Assembly: GCA_027320085.1 (NCBI GenBank)
Contig: DAHVLZ010000038.1
Coordinates: 1-64,000, forward strand
Direction of reading: 5' to 3'
Length of the DNA stretch: 64,000 nt
Origin: Pseudomonadota bacterium
Lineage (GTDB): Bacteria > Pseudomonadota > Gammaproteobacteria > JAKAQQ01
Shown here: piece by piece, positions 28,433 to 38,761 of the stretch
Position numbering within the stretch: position 1 is the stretch's first letter
Layout of the letters: each line of letters starts with the position of its first letter
The notes under the pieces: model-generated
Told to the model about the DNA's origin: nothing
The model's input: only the letters and a program-made list of their open reading frames with translations
The model's database searches: none
Translations under genes and position numbers: made by a program

Positions 28433-29440
28433 ATGAAGCAGTTGCAGGATATTCCAATCGTTTCAGGCCAAAAGTACCAAAGCCCCCAAGGAGGAAAGGC
28501 GATCCGCCACGGTATCAAGGAGCGTGGGGATGGCTCGCCGAAGTCAGGCCTACCCAAGCCACCTTGGTTGCGGGTCAGACCTCCTGCTGGGCACCGCTAC
28601 GAAGAGATTCGCAGGCAGGTTCAATCACTGGGCCTGAACACGGTTTGCCAAGAATCACTGTGCCCCAACATGGCCGAATGCTGGGGAAGAGGAACGGCGA
28701 CCTTGATGCTTTTGGGTTCTGTGTGTACGCGGGCCTGTCGTTTTTGTGCCGTGGATACCGGAAACCCAAATGGATGGGTGGATCTGGAAGAGCCCATGAA
28801 GGTCGCAGGCCTGGTCAAACACTTGGGTTTGCAGTATGTGGTCTTCACTTCGGTTGACCGAGACGACCTGCCGGATGGTGGAGCCTCTCATTATGCGGAA
28901 TGTATCCGGGCCACCAAGCGTCTGAATCCTGGAGTTCGGGTCGAAGCCCTGACGCCGGATTTTGCCGGCAACTTCCAGGCAGTCGAGACCGTCATTGAGG
29001 GTGGATTGGACGTTTACGCACAAAACCTGGAAACCGTCGAGAGACTGACCCGGTCAGTTCGGGATCCTCGGGCCGGTTATCAGCAAACACTGGACGTGTT
29101 GGCCCATGCCAAAAAGTACCAGCCGTTAGTCCTGACTAAATCCAGCCTGATGGTCGGTTTGGGTGAAATTGAAACCGAGATCGAACGGGCTCTCGACGAT
29201 CTGAAACGGGCTGGGGTCGATATTGTCACCTTGGGCCAGTACCTTCAGCCCACCTCAAATCATTTGCCCGTGATCCGTTATGTGTCGCCGGACGAGTTCA
29301 GTCATTATCGAGATTTGGGTCTCTCACGCGGCTTTTTGGAAGTAGTTGCTGGACCCTTTGTACGATCCAGTTATCGGGCGGAACAAGTTTTTGATGTCCA
29401 TCCGGATGACGACCGTCCCCCCGCTACTGCTGCTCCTTGA
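28433..29440 (+). CDS. lipA: Lipoyl synthase
   Basis: [25 protein letters not shown]. Confidence 0.97.
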   Translation: MKQLQDIPIVSGQKYQSPQGGKAIRHGIKERGDGSPKSGLPKPPWLRVRPPAGHRYEEIRRQVQSLGLNTVCQESLCPNMAECWGRGTATLMLLGSVCTRACRFCAVDTGNPNGWVDLEEPMKVAGLVKHLGLQYVVFTSVDRDDLPDGGASHYAECIRATKRLNPGVRVEALTPDFAGNFQAVETVIEGGLDVYAQNLETVERLTRSVRDPRAGYQQTLDVLAHAKKYQPLVLTKSSLMVGLGEIETEIERALDDLKRAGVDIVTLGQYLQPTSNHLPVIRYVSPDEFSHYRDLGLSRGFLEVVAGPFVRSSYRAEQVFDVHPDDDRPPATAAP

Positions 29441-29499
29441 GCTGAGCGGGGGTACGGGGGGTTCCAGGTCGTCCTGCCGGCTTGCCGGACGCTGAGGGA

Positions 29500-30864
29500 T
29501 CAGGCCGGCGTCTTTGATTTCTGAGGTTGTGGCTTGCTCGGCGTCGTCGGGTGCTTGCCGTATCTCGCCGCCTCAAGAGACGCCTTATAGTTGAGGTACT
29601 TGATCCACTGCTGTGCCTGTTTGGCGGCATCGGGATACTGAAGGGCTTTATGGAAAAGCGGGACGGCCTGAATATATTGCCGCATTTTGATCAGCGCGGT
29701 TCCTTCCAGTAGATAGGCTTGTCCCACTTGAGCCAGGCCGCCTTTTCTGATTGCGGCCTGTGTCGAGCGAGCCACGCAGCGCCAGTTGGATTGCCGGTAA
29801 CAGAGGTCCGCCTCGTAGAGGTAGAGCGAGCCATTGGGCGCACTCGGTGCCGCTTCGGCGATAGCTTGTTCCATTTTGGGTTGGTTACGGGCTCGGCTCC
29901 AGGCACTGACCAACAGTTGCAGATTGGTGGGGCTTTTGGGCAGCTTGTGGGAATCCATCATTTGCTGAAGCATGATGGCTGCTTGTGTGGGATTCCCAAA
30001 TAGCACATCCAGCTTGATGAGATTTTCGATGTCAGATCGACTGGTTAGCTGGCCCAGCGCATAGGCTTTCTGCAGGGTATGAAGCGCCTGTGTGTTCTGA
30101 TGCAATTCCAGTTGTGTATTCGCCAATGCGGACCAGAAACTGGTTTGTTGCGGCCAGTAATGGAGCATGGACTGCAATGTTTTGGCCGAGGCATTGAAAT
30201 TTTTCTGCTTGACATATGTGTTCAGAATAATTTCATACGCTACTTCGGGCGGTTTTAACCCCTTCTGTTTTTTCAGGTTGATAGCCTCACGAGCATATTG
30301 CCGTGCCTTTTGCGGTTGATTGGCTTGGTAGTAGGTCTGGGCTAGGAAGATAACTTGGGAACTTGAAGGGGGCTTGGATCCCCGCTGTGCCATGTACTGA
30401 CGCAAGTAAGTGATGGCTTGGGCCGGTTCATGGACATTGGAGTAGGTGATGGCCGCGTTATACAGCAGGTTGCGCTGCTGATTGGCTGGTAGTCCGTTCG
30501 CTTTCACGGCTTTCGTCACGTACGGAAGTGCAGCGCGGTAGTTCCCTTCAAAAATATAGGTATTGGCAATCATTTCCAGGCAAAGTGCCCGCGGATAGCG
30601 GACGTAGCGGTCGTAGCTCAAAAGGCTCTTCAAAATGCTGCGAGCTTCGGCATAACGCTTCTTTGCCATCAGCTTCTGGGCCCGCTGCAGGCGTTTGTAA
30701 CTGTAGGCATCCAGCATGTATTTGTGCTTGAGATAGTGCCTGCCGATCTGGCGTGCCTGGGCTGGTGCTCCCGTAGCGAAAGCGGCCACAAGGGAGAAGG
30801 CCAGTGCCAGCCCGATGGTAAGGTAGGACCGGCTTGGTCGAGTGGTACGGGGTTGTGATGTCAT
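29500..30864 (-). CDS. Exported tetratricopeptide-repeat protein
   Basis: Signal peptide ending AQA, multiple TPR-like helical repeats. Confidence 0.85.
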   Translation of the reverse strand: MTSQPRTTRPSRSYLTIGLALAFSLVAAFATGAPAQARQIGRHYLKHKYMLDAYSYKRLQRAQKLMAKKRYAEARSILKSLLSYDRYVRYPRALCLEMIANTYIFEGNYRAALPYVTKAVKANGLPANQQRNLLYNAAITYSNVHEPAQAITYLRQYMAQRGSKPPSSSQVIFLAQTYYQANQPQKARQYAREAINLKKQKGLKPPEVAYEIILNTYVKQKNFNASAKTLQSMLHYWPQQTSFWSALANTQLELHQNTQALHTLQKAYALGQLTSRSDIENLIKLDVLFGNPTQAAIMLQQMMDSHKLPKSPTNLQLLVSAWSRARNQPKMEQAIAEAAPSAPNGSLYLYEADLCYRQSNWRCVARSTQAAIRKGGLAQVGQAYLLEGTALIKMRQYIQAVPLFHKALQYPDAAKQAQQWIKYLNYKASLEAARYGKHPTTPSKPQPQKSKTPA

Positions 30865-30966
30865 GGTACTGAGGGCCCTCTAAGACCTAAAGTGTGACCT
30901 GAACCGATCTTATCATCGGTGGAAATCCACTGTCCCGTCAAGCCGGTCCACAAATCCTGTGCGGTG

Positions 30967-31188
30967 GCAGGTGCTCCCCCTCCATCTTTGGTAGAACCGA
31001 GCCGTACTTACTGAGTTTGGGGGAGAGTCCTCGCAGACCAGTGTGAACATGACTTCAAAGCCGGATGTGTCTTCCTCACGAGTCATGGTGGTTGGTGTCT
31101 CGAGTCACCTGCGTTTGAGTGAGTGAGGGTCAAGGCGGCCGGCTCTGAGATATCGGGGTCTATGTCGGCCGCAAGACCTCGGTTTTTT
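30967..31188 (+). ncRNA. Candidate structured RNA (three-way junction plus terminator)
   Basis: By-eye complementary stems (see findings); not matched to any known family. Confidence 0.35.
31152..31188 (+). terminator. Putative intrinsic terminator
   Basis: ATCGGGGTCT (31152-31161) pairs with AGACCTCGGT (31174-31183), followed by a T-run. Confidence 0.5.
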
Positions 31189-31528
31189 AGTGAACGGCGG
31201 GTCGGTTGTTGTTTCATCCATTATTTTTCTTTTATTTTGGAAGATCCTGTTTTAGCATTGTTTTTAAGGAATGGTTTCACCTCAGGCCAAGAGTTTCGTT
31301 AGGCTTCATCGCGAAGAAACCAAGTCAAACCAGAGGACACGATCTGCCGTGTCAAGGCAGCTGTTTGACATTGATTAGGGACCAGCTGAAAACAGGAGTG
31401 TGTTATTTCTGCAACAGGCGGGGGAGGGGGATAGACTCGCCTTCAAGCTGGCGAGTGGCACGCTGCAAGTTCCCCCCGGATTTTTGGATGCGTTTTGGAC
31501 CCCCCCCAAACAGGGGTTTGGAAGAGTG

Positions 31529-31557
31529 TTGCACTTTGCCAAAACGCGTTGTAGAGT
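31529..31557 (+). promoter_or_regulatory. Putative sigma70 promoter for exbB-exbD-tonB
   Basis: TTGCAC-N17-TAGAGT. Confidence 0.4.
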
Positions 31558-31697
31558 AGCGGGGAAAGTTAGGTAGTGGCGGCCAGCCTGATCCGGTTTT
31601 TGTTTGGCTTTTGAAATCAGCCAAGCCGGAGTTGGAGGGGGTCGCCATGTTTATTAATCTGCTGAGCGCCCATCGCTCTAACCTGAGGTACCAATAA

Positions 31698-32333
31698 GTG
31701 GATATCAACTACCTTATCCATATTGCCGCAGTTTCCGGTGGCATTCTCTACTTGATGATCATCATTCTTCTGGTATGCCTGGTTGTTATTATTGACCGGA
31801 CGTGGTATCTCACCCGGGTTCATCGGGAAGGACTGAACATCGGCCGGGCAGTTGCGCAAATGAGTCACTTGGACCGTGACGTTCTGGCCCAGCTGGTTGA
31901 AGAAAAGTCCAAGTTCCCCCAGTCAGTACTGATCCAGGTTCCGGTGAACCACCCGGATGTCAGGGATCCCCTACAGTTCTCCGAACTGGTCGAAGAGGGC
32001 ATCATGACAGTCGCACCTCGGATGGACAAAGGTCTTTGGCTACTGGACACGCTGGTGACAATGGCCCCATTGCTGGGCTTGTTGGGAACCATCATTGGTA
32101 TTTTCCAGTCATTCCGAGTGTTGGGTAATCCCGGGACCGCGCCAACCGCTGTGACGGGAGGTGTGGCCGAGGCCCTGATTGCTACGGCCGCGGGGTTGTT
32201 CATTGCCATTATTTCCATGATTTTCTTCAATGGGCTCTCGAATCTGGTACGGATCAACCTTCACCATATGGAGACAATCAAGGCGATTCTGGTAAACCGA
32301 CTTCGTGCTGAAACGGGTCCAGCCCGCCGGTGA
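31698..32333 (+). CDS. exbB: MotA/TolQ/ExbB proton channel family protein
   Basis: APLLGLLGTIIGI, GVAEALIATAAGLFIAI. Confidence 0.9.
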   Translation: MDINYLIHIAAVSGGILYLMIIILLVCLVVIIDRTWYLTRVHREGLNIGRAVAQMSHLDRDVLAQLVEEKSKFPQSVLIQVPVNHPDVRDPLQFSELVEEGIMTVAPRMDKGLWLLDTLVTMAPLLGLLGTIIGIFQSFRVLGNPGTAPTAVTGGVAEALIATAAGLFIAIISMIFFNGLSNLVRINLHHMETIKAILVNRLRAETGPARR

Positions 32334-32399
32334 GAGTGATCCGTTTCAGGGCACTCCAGTCGGTGAACGTCGGGTGATTCAACGAGGGTTGATATACCT

Positions 32400-32798
32400 A
32401 TGAAAGCTAAATATTTTGATCGTAAACGAGCAAGAATCGAGATCATTCCAATGATCGATATCATGTTTTTCCTGCTCGTTTTTTTCATTATCGTGACGTT
32501 ACAGCTCATCCCGACCTCGGGAATGAACACCAAGTTGCCGGAAAGCACGACAGCGAAGCAGCTCAAGCATCCCAAGATTGTCATTTCACTGCAACGCAAT
32601 GGAACCATGTATGTTCAAGGCCGGATCGTCACTTCGAGTCAGCTGACGGCTATGCTTGAGGAGTATCCGAACCCGACACAAGTCATCGTGACCATTGCAG
32701 GGGCCAAGGAGGCGACCCTGCAGGAGCTGGTCAACACGATGGATGCTTGTCGGAGGGCCGGAGTCTCACAGATCGGCATCGCCGCACGCCGGACCTGA
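32400..32798 (+). CDS. exbD: ExbD/TolR family protein
   Basis: IEIIPMIDIMFFLLVFF. Confidence 0.92.
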   Translation: MKAKYFDRKRARIEIIPMIDIMFFLLVFFIIVTLQLIPTSGMNTKLPESTTAKQLKHPKIVISLQRNGTMYVQGRIVTSSQLTAMLEEYPNPTQVIVTIAGAKEATLQELVNTMDACRRAGVSQIGIAARRT

Positions 32799-32809
32799 GG
32801 TAGTTTCTG

Positions 32810-33505
32810 ATGGCTCTCTTCAGGCGTATGTCACCGTCGGTGGCGCAGGGCGTCGATCCGTTTGCGGGGGATGATGCCCACCATGGATTGACATTCTTTA
32901 TTGCTGTGATTGCGGAAGGGGTGATCATCGGAGGCGCAGTTGCGTGGTACATCTGGGGGCGTCAAGCCTACACCGTACCTCCGCCCGCAAAAGTGCAGAC
33001 GGTCCAGCTGCGTAAGCACCCCAAGAAACCCCCTCCGCCGAAGCCTCCGCCACCACCGCCACCGCCACAAGCGACGGTCAAGCCCACAAATGTCCCGATC
33101 CCGCTTGAGCCGATGCCACCGCTGCCTTTTGGGGCGGCATTCATTCCGGCCCCGCCCGCAGCACCGCCGGGTCCCCCGAATGCACCTGTGGGACCGCCGG
33201 CACCTCCGGTGGCACAGCTGACCGCATCATTCTCAAGTGCGGTGGGTGAAGCCTTGTATCTGTGTGCGCAAGGGCATTATCCACCCCAGGCGCTCATGGC
33301 TGGCTTGGGTGGTACAGCGACTGTCGCATTTGTGTACAGTAACCAGCGGGCGACTCACGTCAAGTTGCGCCAGTCGACAGGGCATTTCAGCCTAGACCGG
33401 GCAATCATGCGTGCGGTTCGTACCTGCCCGTTGCCACCCCCACCAACGGGTGTAACGAAACGATCATTCCTCGTTCAGATCGAAATGAGGCCTGGAAACG
33501 GTTAG
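32810..33505 (+). CDS. tonB: TonB family energy transducer
   Basis: N-terminal TM helix, Pro-rich linker, C-terminal YP..A...G.GG and [15 protein letters not shown]. Confidence 0.85.
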   Translation: MALFRRMSPSVAQGVDPFAGDDAHHGLTFFIAVIAEGVIIGGAVAWYIWGRQAYTVPPPAKVQTVQLRKHPKKPPPPKPPPPPPPPQATVKPTNVPIPLEPMPPLPFGAAFIPAPPAAPPGPPNAPVGPPAPPVAQLTASFSSAVGEALYLCAQGHYPPQALMAGLGGTATVAFVYSNQRATHVKLRQSTGHFSLDRAIMRAVRTCPLPPPPTGVTKRSFLVQIEMRPGNG

Positions 33506-33521
33506 TGTCAGTCTGGAAACC

Positions 33522-33559
33522 GAAACCCTTCCCCCGGTTCGGGGGAAGGGTTTCTTTTT
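33522..33559 (+). terminator. Rho-independent terminator of the tonB operon
   Basis: Perfect 14-bp stem GAAACCCTTCCCCC/GGGGGAAGGGTTTC plus T-run. Confidence 0.92.
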
Positions 33560-33747
33560 GTGCGCCCGGCAGGGCGCACTCTCTGGGAGGTGGAAGTCCT
33601 CTACCCACCCGGCAAGGGCTTCTCGGGCGACCGGGAGTCTGAAGGAAGCCGGAGGCAAAGCGCTGGCGCGACGAACCGGAAACGGATAGAGGCGACGCAT
33701 CGGGGTGAGATGGCGTGGTGAGCGCAGGCTCAGCCACCCTACCCGAT
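33560..33747 (+). mobile_element. Internally deleted group IIC intron (5' part of domain I plus domain VI; no RT ORF, no domain V)
   Basis: Starts GTGCGCCCGGCA directly after a terminator; IIC-like domain I motifs (GGCGAC..GAGTCTGAAGGAAGC..GGCAAA..ACGAAC); ends CCCTACCCGAT. Confidence 0.85.
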
Positions 33748-33810
33748 TTGAGCTGGATACAGCCTGATTTGTGGAGTACCCTCTCTAGTGAACCCTGAAA
33801 GGAAGTCGGC

Positions 33811-34794
33811 ATGAAAAACCGTGTATTGGGCCAAAAGCTGCAGGTTTCAGCCATCGGCTTGGGCTGTATGGGCATGTCTGAGTTCTACGGACAGACAAGT
33901 GATCAGGAAAGTATCCGGGTCATTCAGAGAGCCTTGGATCTCGGCATCAATTTCCTGGATACCGCGGACATGTATGGAACCGGTCATAACGAGCAGTTGA
34001 TTGCACGGGCGGTCCAGGGTCGAAGGGAATCTGTGATCGTGGCCACCAAATTTGGGAACATGCGTGGAGACCAGGGTGAGTTTCTGGGCGTAAATGGGAA
34101 ACCGGAATATGTCCGGAAGGCCTGTGATGACAGTTTGAGGCGTCTCGGTATTGAGGTGATCGATCTCTACTATCAACATCGGGTGGATCCAGGGACGCCC
34201 ATCGAGGACACGGTCGGTGCCATGTCAGAACTCGTCAAGGCAGGTAAAGTCCGCTTCCTGGGATTATCAGAAGCGAGTGCGAAAACCCTGAGGGCTGCCC
34301 ACCGGGTTCACCCGATCACGGCTCTGCAGAGCGAGCTTTCGCTCTGGACGCGTGATGTGGAAGAAGCCATTCTGCCGGCCTGCCGCGAGCTCGGGATTGG
34401 GTTTGTGGCCTATAGTCCCCTGGGACGCGGCATGTTGACTGGCCGCTTCCAAAATAGCGAATCCTTCTCAGTAAACGATTGGCGCAGAAATCATCCCCGT
34501 TTCCAGAAAGGCAATTTCGAAAAAAATCTGGAGCTCGTTAAAAACCTCCATGAAATGGCGAAAAGAAGGGGGGTAAAACCGTCCCATATCGCATTGGCTT
34601 GGGTACTGGCACAAGGAGAGGACATCGTTCCCATCCCGGGTACCAAGCAGATCTCGTATCTGGAGGAAAACCTGGAGGCCTTAAGTATTGCACTGACTAC
34701 CGAGGAGCTCCAGTTTCTGAATCAGGTTTTCAGGCCAGGAGTGACTGCGGGGGAACGTTATCATCCCCAAGCCATGAAAGCACTCGACCGATAG
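33811..34794 (+). CDS. Aldo/keto reductase
   Basis: [37 protein letters not shown]. Confidence 0.95.
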   Translation: MKNRVLGQKLQVSAIGLGCMGMSEFYGQTSDQESIRVIQRALDLGINFLDTADMYGTGHNEQLIARAVQGRRESVIVATKFGNMRGDQGEFLGVNGKPEYVRKACDDSLRRLGIEVIDLYYQHRVDPGTPIEDTVGAMSELVKAGKVRFLGLSEASAKTLRAAHRVHPITALQSELSLWTRDVEEAILPACRELGIGFVAYSPLGRGMLTGRFQNSESFSVNDWRRNHPRFQKGNFEKNLELVKNLHEMAKRRGVKPSHIALAWVLAQGEDIVPIPGTKQISYLEENLEALSIALTTEELQFLNQVFRPGVTAGERYHPQAMKALDR

Positions 34795-34797
34795 CTT

Positions 34798-37401
34798 TCA
34801 TGCGTGGATGGTGTTCCCGCGTTCCTTGCTGATAAGCAGGTTTCCGCCTGGCCCGACGTCCACCTGGATGGTATCTCCAGGAAGGAAGTCACCCGTGAGA
34901 ATAGCCTTCGCCAGTGGGGTTTCGAGTTGCCCTTGGATTGCCCGCTTGAGGGGCCGGGCGCCATAACTGGGGTCGTAACCGATATCTGCAAGGTAATCTA
35001 GGGCGGTCGGGCTCATTTCGAGGTTCAGGTTTTGCTTTTGCAGACGGGTACGGACTTGCTGCAGCTGGATTTCGACAATGGACCGGATGTGCTTTTTGCC
35101 AAGCGCATGAAATACAACGATCTCGTCAATCCTGTTGACAAATTCCGGCTTGAAGTGGCGCCGCACGATTTCAAGTACTGTCTGTTTGGTTGAGTCGTAT
35201 CCGGTCTCGTTTCCAATTTGCTCTTGGATGACCTGGCCGCCCAGGTTCGACGTCATGATAATAACCGTGTTTCTGAAGTCAATGGTTCTTCCCTGCCCAT
35301 CGGTCAGTCTTCCATCATCCAGGATCTGCAGAAAAATATTGAAAATATCCGGATGGGCTTTTTCAATCTCATCAAATAAGATGACGGCATAAGGTCTGCG
35401 GCGTACCGCTTCCGTCAATGCTCCACCTTCCTCATAGCCGATATAACCGGGCGGAGCGCCAATCAGACGTGCAACGGAATGCGACTCCATGTATTCACTC
35501 ATGTCAATGCGGATCAATGCTTTTTCGCTATCAAACAAAAACGCCGCTAGTGCTTTACTGAGTTCGGTTTTCCCGACCCCGGTTGGACCAAGGAACAGGA
35601 AAGAGCCTGTTGGCCTTGAAGGGTCTGACAGTCCTGCCCGCGAAAGCCGAATGGCGTTCGACACGGCCTGAACCGCATCGTCCTGCCCGACCACGCGTTT
35701 TTGAAGCTCGGATTCCATGGCAAGAAGCTTTTGTTTTTCACTCTCCAGCATTTTGGAAACAGGAATGCCGGTCCAACGTGCAACAACTTCGGCCACTTCC
35801 TCATCAGTGACGCGAGTCCGGACCAAATGAATTTTTTCCTTGTTTGTCAAGCGGGTTTGTTCGAGGTTTTTTGAAAGCTCGACTATCTGTCCATACTGCA
35901 GTTCGGACATCCGCCCCCAATCGCCAGCTCGACGTGCTGCTTCCAGTTCCGTGCGGGCACGATCAAGCTGGTCCTGAATGGAGACCTCTTTCTGAAGTTG
36001 GGTTTTTTCTGATTTCCAAACTTCTTCGAGATCGCTGTACTCGCGTTGTAAACGTTCGTATTCCGTGGTTAACCTCCCCATTTTCTCGCGTGACGGCGGA
36101 TCCTTTTCCTTGGCTAATGCAGCTTGCTCAATTCGGAGTTGAATCAGGCGCCGTTCCAAGCGGTCAAGGGTTTCCGGCTTTGAATCAATTTCCATTCGAA
36201 TTCGCGAGGCGGCTTCATCAATCAGGTCAATGGCTTTATCCGGCAATTGTCGATCTGTAATGTATCGATGAGACAAGGTGGCGGCAGCAACGATCGCGGC
36301 ATCTGTGATTTCGACGCCATGATGAATCTCATACTTTTCCTTTAGCCCGCGAAGGATCGCGATTGTGTCCTCTACGTTGGGCTCTTGGACCATGACACGC
36401 TGGAATCGACGTTCCAGGGCCGCATCCTTCTCGATTTGTTCCCGGTATTCATCTAGCGTCGTGGCCCCGATGCAATGAAGCTCCCCACGGGCCAGCGCAG
36501 GCTTGAGCATGTTGCCTGCATCCATGGAGCCTTCCGCCTTGCCGGCTCCTACGAGCGTATGAATTTCGTCGATAAAAAGGACAATCCGGCCCTCTTCTTG
36601 GGCAATTTCATGAAGGACTGCTTTGAGTCGCTCCTCGAACTCTCCTCTAAATTTGGATCCTGCGACCAGCGCTGGCAGGTCAAGGACTAGCAGACGTTTC
36701 CTTTTAAGGCCTTCCGGGACTTCCCCATTGACGATGCGTTGGGCCAGGCCCTCGACAATTGCAGTTTTCCCGACTCCGGGTTCCCCGATCAACACGGGAT
36801 TGTTTTTGGTGCGGCGTTGCAAGATCTGAATGACCCTTCGGATTTCATCATCTCTGCCGATGACGGGATCTAGTTGGCCTTTTTCCGCTTTTTCAGTCAG
36901 GTCAATAGTGAAACGGGAAAGAGAACGCCGTTGACCCTCGACGTCCTGCTGGTCAACTGGTGATCCTGCGCGTAACTCGAGGATGGCGGGTTCCAGGGAT
37001 TCCCGAGTGATTCCCTGACGCCGTAGCAGGTCGGCTACCGGGTTTTTTGATTCAACGAGGGACAGCAAAAAGATCTCGGAGGCGACATAACGATCTTTCC
37101 GCTGCTGTGCAATTTTGATGCAATGGTTCAGAATTCGTACCAGATCGGGTGAGAAAGAAGACTCACCGGGAGTGCCACTGATTTTGGGGCACACTTCCAA
37201 GATGTCCTCGAGTGATTTCTTGAGAGCCGAGACCGAGGATCCGGCTTTTTCGAGCAAAAACGGCACCGTGCCATGGTCCTGGCTTAAAAATGCCAGAAGC
37301 AGATGCGCAGGTTCAACACTCGGGTGGTCGTGGCGGACAGCCAGCGATTGTGCGTCCGACAGGGCATTTTGGAACTGAGTGGTAAACTGGTCTGGTTGCA
37401 C
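34798..37401 (-). CDS. clpB: ATP-dependent chaperone ClpB
   Basis: Two AAA+ modules plus the middle coiled-coil (EIDSKPE). Confidence 0.97.
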   Translation of the reverse strand: MQPDQFTTQFQNALSDAQSLAVRHDHPSVEPAHLLLAFLSQDHGTVPFLLEKAGSSVSALKKSLEDILEVCPKISGTPGESSFSPDLVRILNHCIKIAQQRKDRYVASEIFLLSLVESKNPVADLLRRQGITRESLEPAILELRAGSPVDQQDVEGQRRSLSRFTIDLTEKAEKGQLDPVIGRDDEIRRVIQILQRRTKNNPVLIGEPGVGKTAIVEGLAQRIVNGEVPEGLKRKRLLVLDLPALVAGSKFRGEFEERLKAVLHEIAQEEGRIVLFIDEIHTLVGAGKAEGSMDAGNMLKPALARGELHCIGATTLDEYREQIEKDAALERRFQRVMVQEPNVEDTIAILRGLKEKYEIHHGVEITDAAIVAAATLSHRYITDRQLPDKAIDLIDEAASRIRMEIDSKPETLDRLERRLIQLRIEQAALAKEKDPPSREKMGRLTTEYERLQREYSDLEEVWKSEKTQLQKEVSIQDQLDRARTELEAARRAGDWGRMSELQYGQIVELSKNLEQTRLTNKEKIHLVRTRVTDEEVAEVVARWTGIPVSKMLESEKQKLLAMESELQKRVVGQDDAVQAVSNAIRLSRAGLSDPSRPTGSFLFLGPTGVGKTELSKALAAFLFDSEKALIRIDMSEYMESHSVARLIGAPPGYIGYEEGGALTEAVRRRPYAVILFDEIEKAHPDIFNIFLQILDDGRLTDGQGRTIDFRNTVIIMTSNLGGQVIQEQIGNETGYDSTKQTVLEIVRRHFKPEFVNRIDEIVVFHALGKKHIRSIVEIQLQQVRTRLQKQNLNLEMSPTALDYLADIGYDPSYGARPLKRAIQGQLETPLAKAILTGDFLPGDTIQVDVGPGGNLLISKERGNTIHA

Positions 37402-37445
37402 GTGAAGATCCTTGGTTTAGGCACAGGGAAACTGTACTCCATTCA

Positions 37446-37474
37446 ATTTGTGGACAGTCCCGGGTCATTTCAAG
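37446..37474 (-). promoter_or_regulatory. Putative sigma32 (heat-shock) promoter of clpB
   Basis: Minus strand CTTGAAA-N14-CCACAAAT resembles CTTGAAA-N13/14-CCCCATNT. Confidence 0.5.
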
Positions 37475-37650
37475 CGCTTGGGGAACGTTAATCTTCGAAC
37501 GACAATGAAGGCGGATGAGGCAGGGAAACGATTTCTGCGCTAAACTGAACATCTTCCTGGCCGGTTTCCCACTTTTATTTATGCGGTATGCGGTGGGCCC
37601 ACCCGCCGTCGTGAGCAGAGCCGAGAGTCACATACCCGGGTCCAAAGAGC

Positions 37651-38718
37651 GTGTCATCTCGTTTCTCTGCCCTCAGTTTGACGCCATCCGGCCATACAGG
37701 AAGTTCCCGACGTGTTACGGTGGCTCCGCTCATGGGCTGGACCCACCGGCATTTTCGTTACCTCCTGAGGTGTGTGAGCCCTTCCGTGGCTCTGTTCACG
37801 GAAATGATTCCGTCAGCAGCGCTGGTTCAGGGGCAGAGGACGCGGCCCTTGCTGTCATATCACTCATGTGAGCATCCCATTGCCCTGCAGCTTGCCGGCG
37901 ATCATCCAGACCAGCTCGCGCACGCGGCCCGGGTTGGGCATGAATACGGCTATGACGAGATCAATCTGAACGTGGGCTGTCCCAGTCCCCGGGTACAGCA
38001 CGGTGGATTCGGAGTCTGTCTCATGGCACAACCAGAACGGCTGGCTGAATGCGTGCGAGCCATCCGCAGTGTCAGTCCCGTTCCGGTCACCATCAAATGC
38101 CGCCTCGGCTTTGATAAACACCACAGTGAGGGTTTTCTAGACGACTTTGTGGCGGTTTTATCCGAAGCGGGATGCTCGACTTTCTACATACACGCGAGAA
38201 TGGCGTGGCTGAAGGGTCTTGATCCGAAGGAAAACCGAGAGAAACCGCCCTTGAATTATTCCCGTGTGGATCGCCTGAAGCAAAAATTCAAAGATCTTGA
38301 AATTATCATCAATGGAGGAATCCGGAACCTGGAACAGGTCGAAGAACTGCTGTCCCGCTTTGATGGGGTCATGGTTGGTCGCCGTGTTCTGGAAGATCCT
38401 CTCTGGTTAGCAGAGGTGGATCAGAGATTGGGGCGAGCCTCGCGCGGAATCCGGACCCGGGAGAATGTGGTCATGGCCTATTCAGACTATCTGAGAAAAA
38501 TCCTGGAGGATCCCGAAGCCATGGCTCGAGGACACCTTTCGCCCAGTCTCTTTCAACCCTTTTGGGGTCTTTTCCGTTCATTCCCCGGAGCTGCAAAAAT
38601 GAGGGCTGAGACGGCTCAAGCTTCGCGAGCTACCCCATCGGAACTCCTGGGCTGGCTTGACCGCCTCGAAAAATGGGCTGAGGCGGGTTCATCGCATTCG
38701 ATCTCGGGGCATATTTAA
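37651..38718 (+). CDS. dusA: tRNA dihydrouridine(20/20a) synthase
   Basis: VAPLMGWTHRHFR, YDEINLNVGCPSPRV, HARMAWLKGL.PKENR. Confidence 0.92.
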   Translation: MSSRFSALSLTPSGHTGSSRRVTVAPLMGWTHRHFRYLLRCVSPSVALFTEMIPSAALVQGQRTRPLLSYHSCEHPIALQLAGDHPDQLAHAARVGHEYGYDEINLNVGCPSPRVQHGGFGVCLMAQPERLAECVRAIRSVSPVPVTIKCRLGFDKHHSEGFLDDFVAVLSEAGCSTFYIHARMAWLKGLDPKENREKPPLNYSRVDRLKQKFKDLEIIINGGIRNLEQVEELLSRFDGVMVGRRVLEDPLWLAEVDQRLGRASRGIRTRENVVMAYSDYLRKILEDPEAMARGHLSPSLFQPFWGLFRSFPGAAKMRAETAQASRATPSELLGWLDRLEKWAEAGSSHSISGHI

Positions 38719-38761
38719 AGTCTTTCCGCCATGATGATTGCGGATCCAGCCAGATTCGCAA

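Noticed and set aside
30865-31697. Cobalamin/TPP riboswitch or Fur box upstream of the TonB genes
   Set aside because: The conserved motifs were not seen by eye.
31206-31708. 117-aa (+) and 101-aa (-) ORFs in the TPR/exbB spacer
   Set aside because: Weak starts, no protein-like motifs, and overlap with promoter-like and hairpin elements.
33030-33210. CCG/CCA-rich repeats
   Set aside because: They encode the Pro-rich TonB linker and are not an independent repeat array.
33405-33875. 156-aa minus-strand ORF ([11 protein letters not shown]...)
   Set aside because: Antisense reading of the group II intron RNA; a typical spurious annotation.
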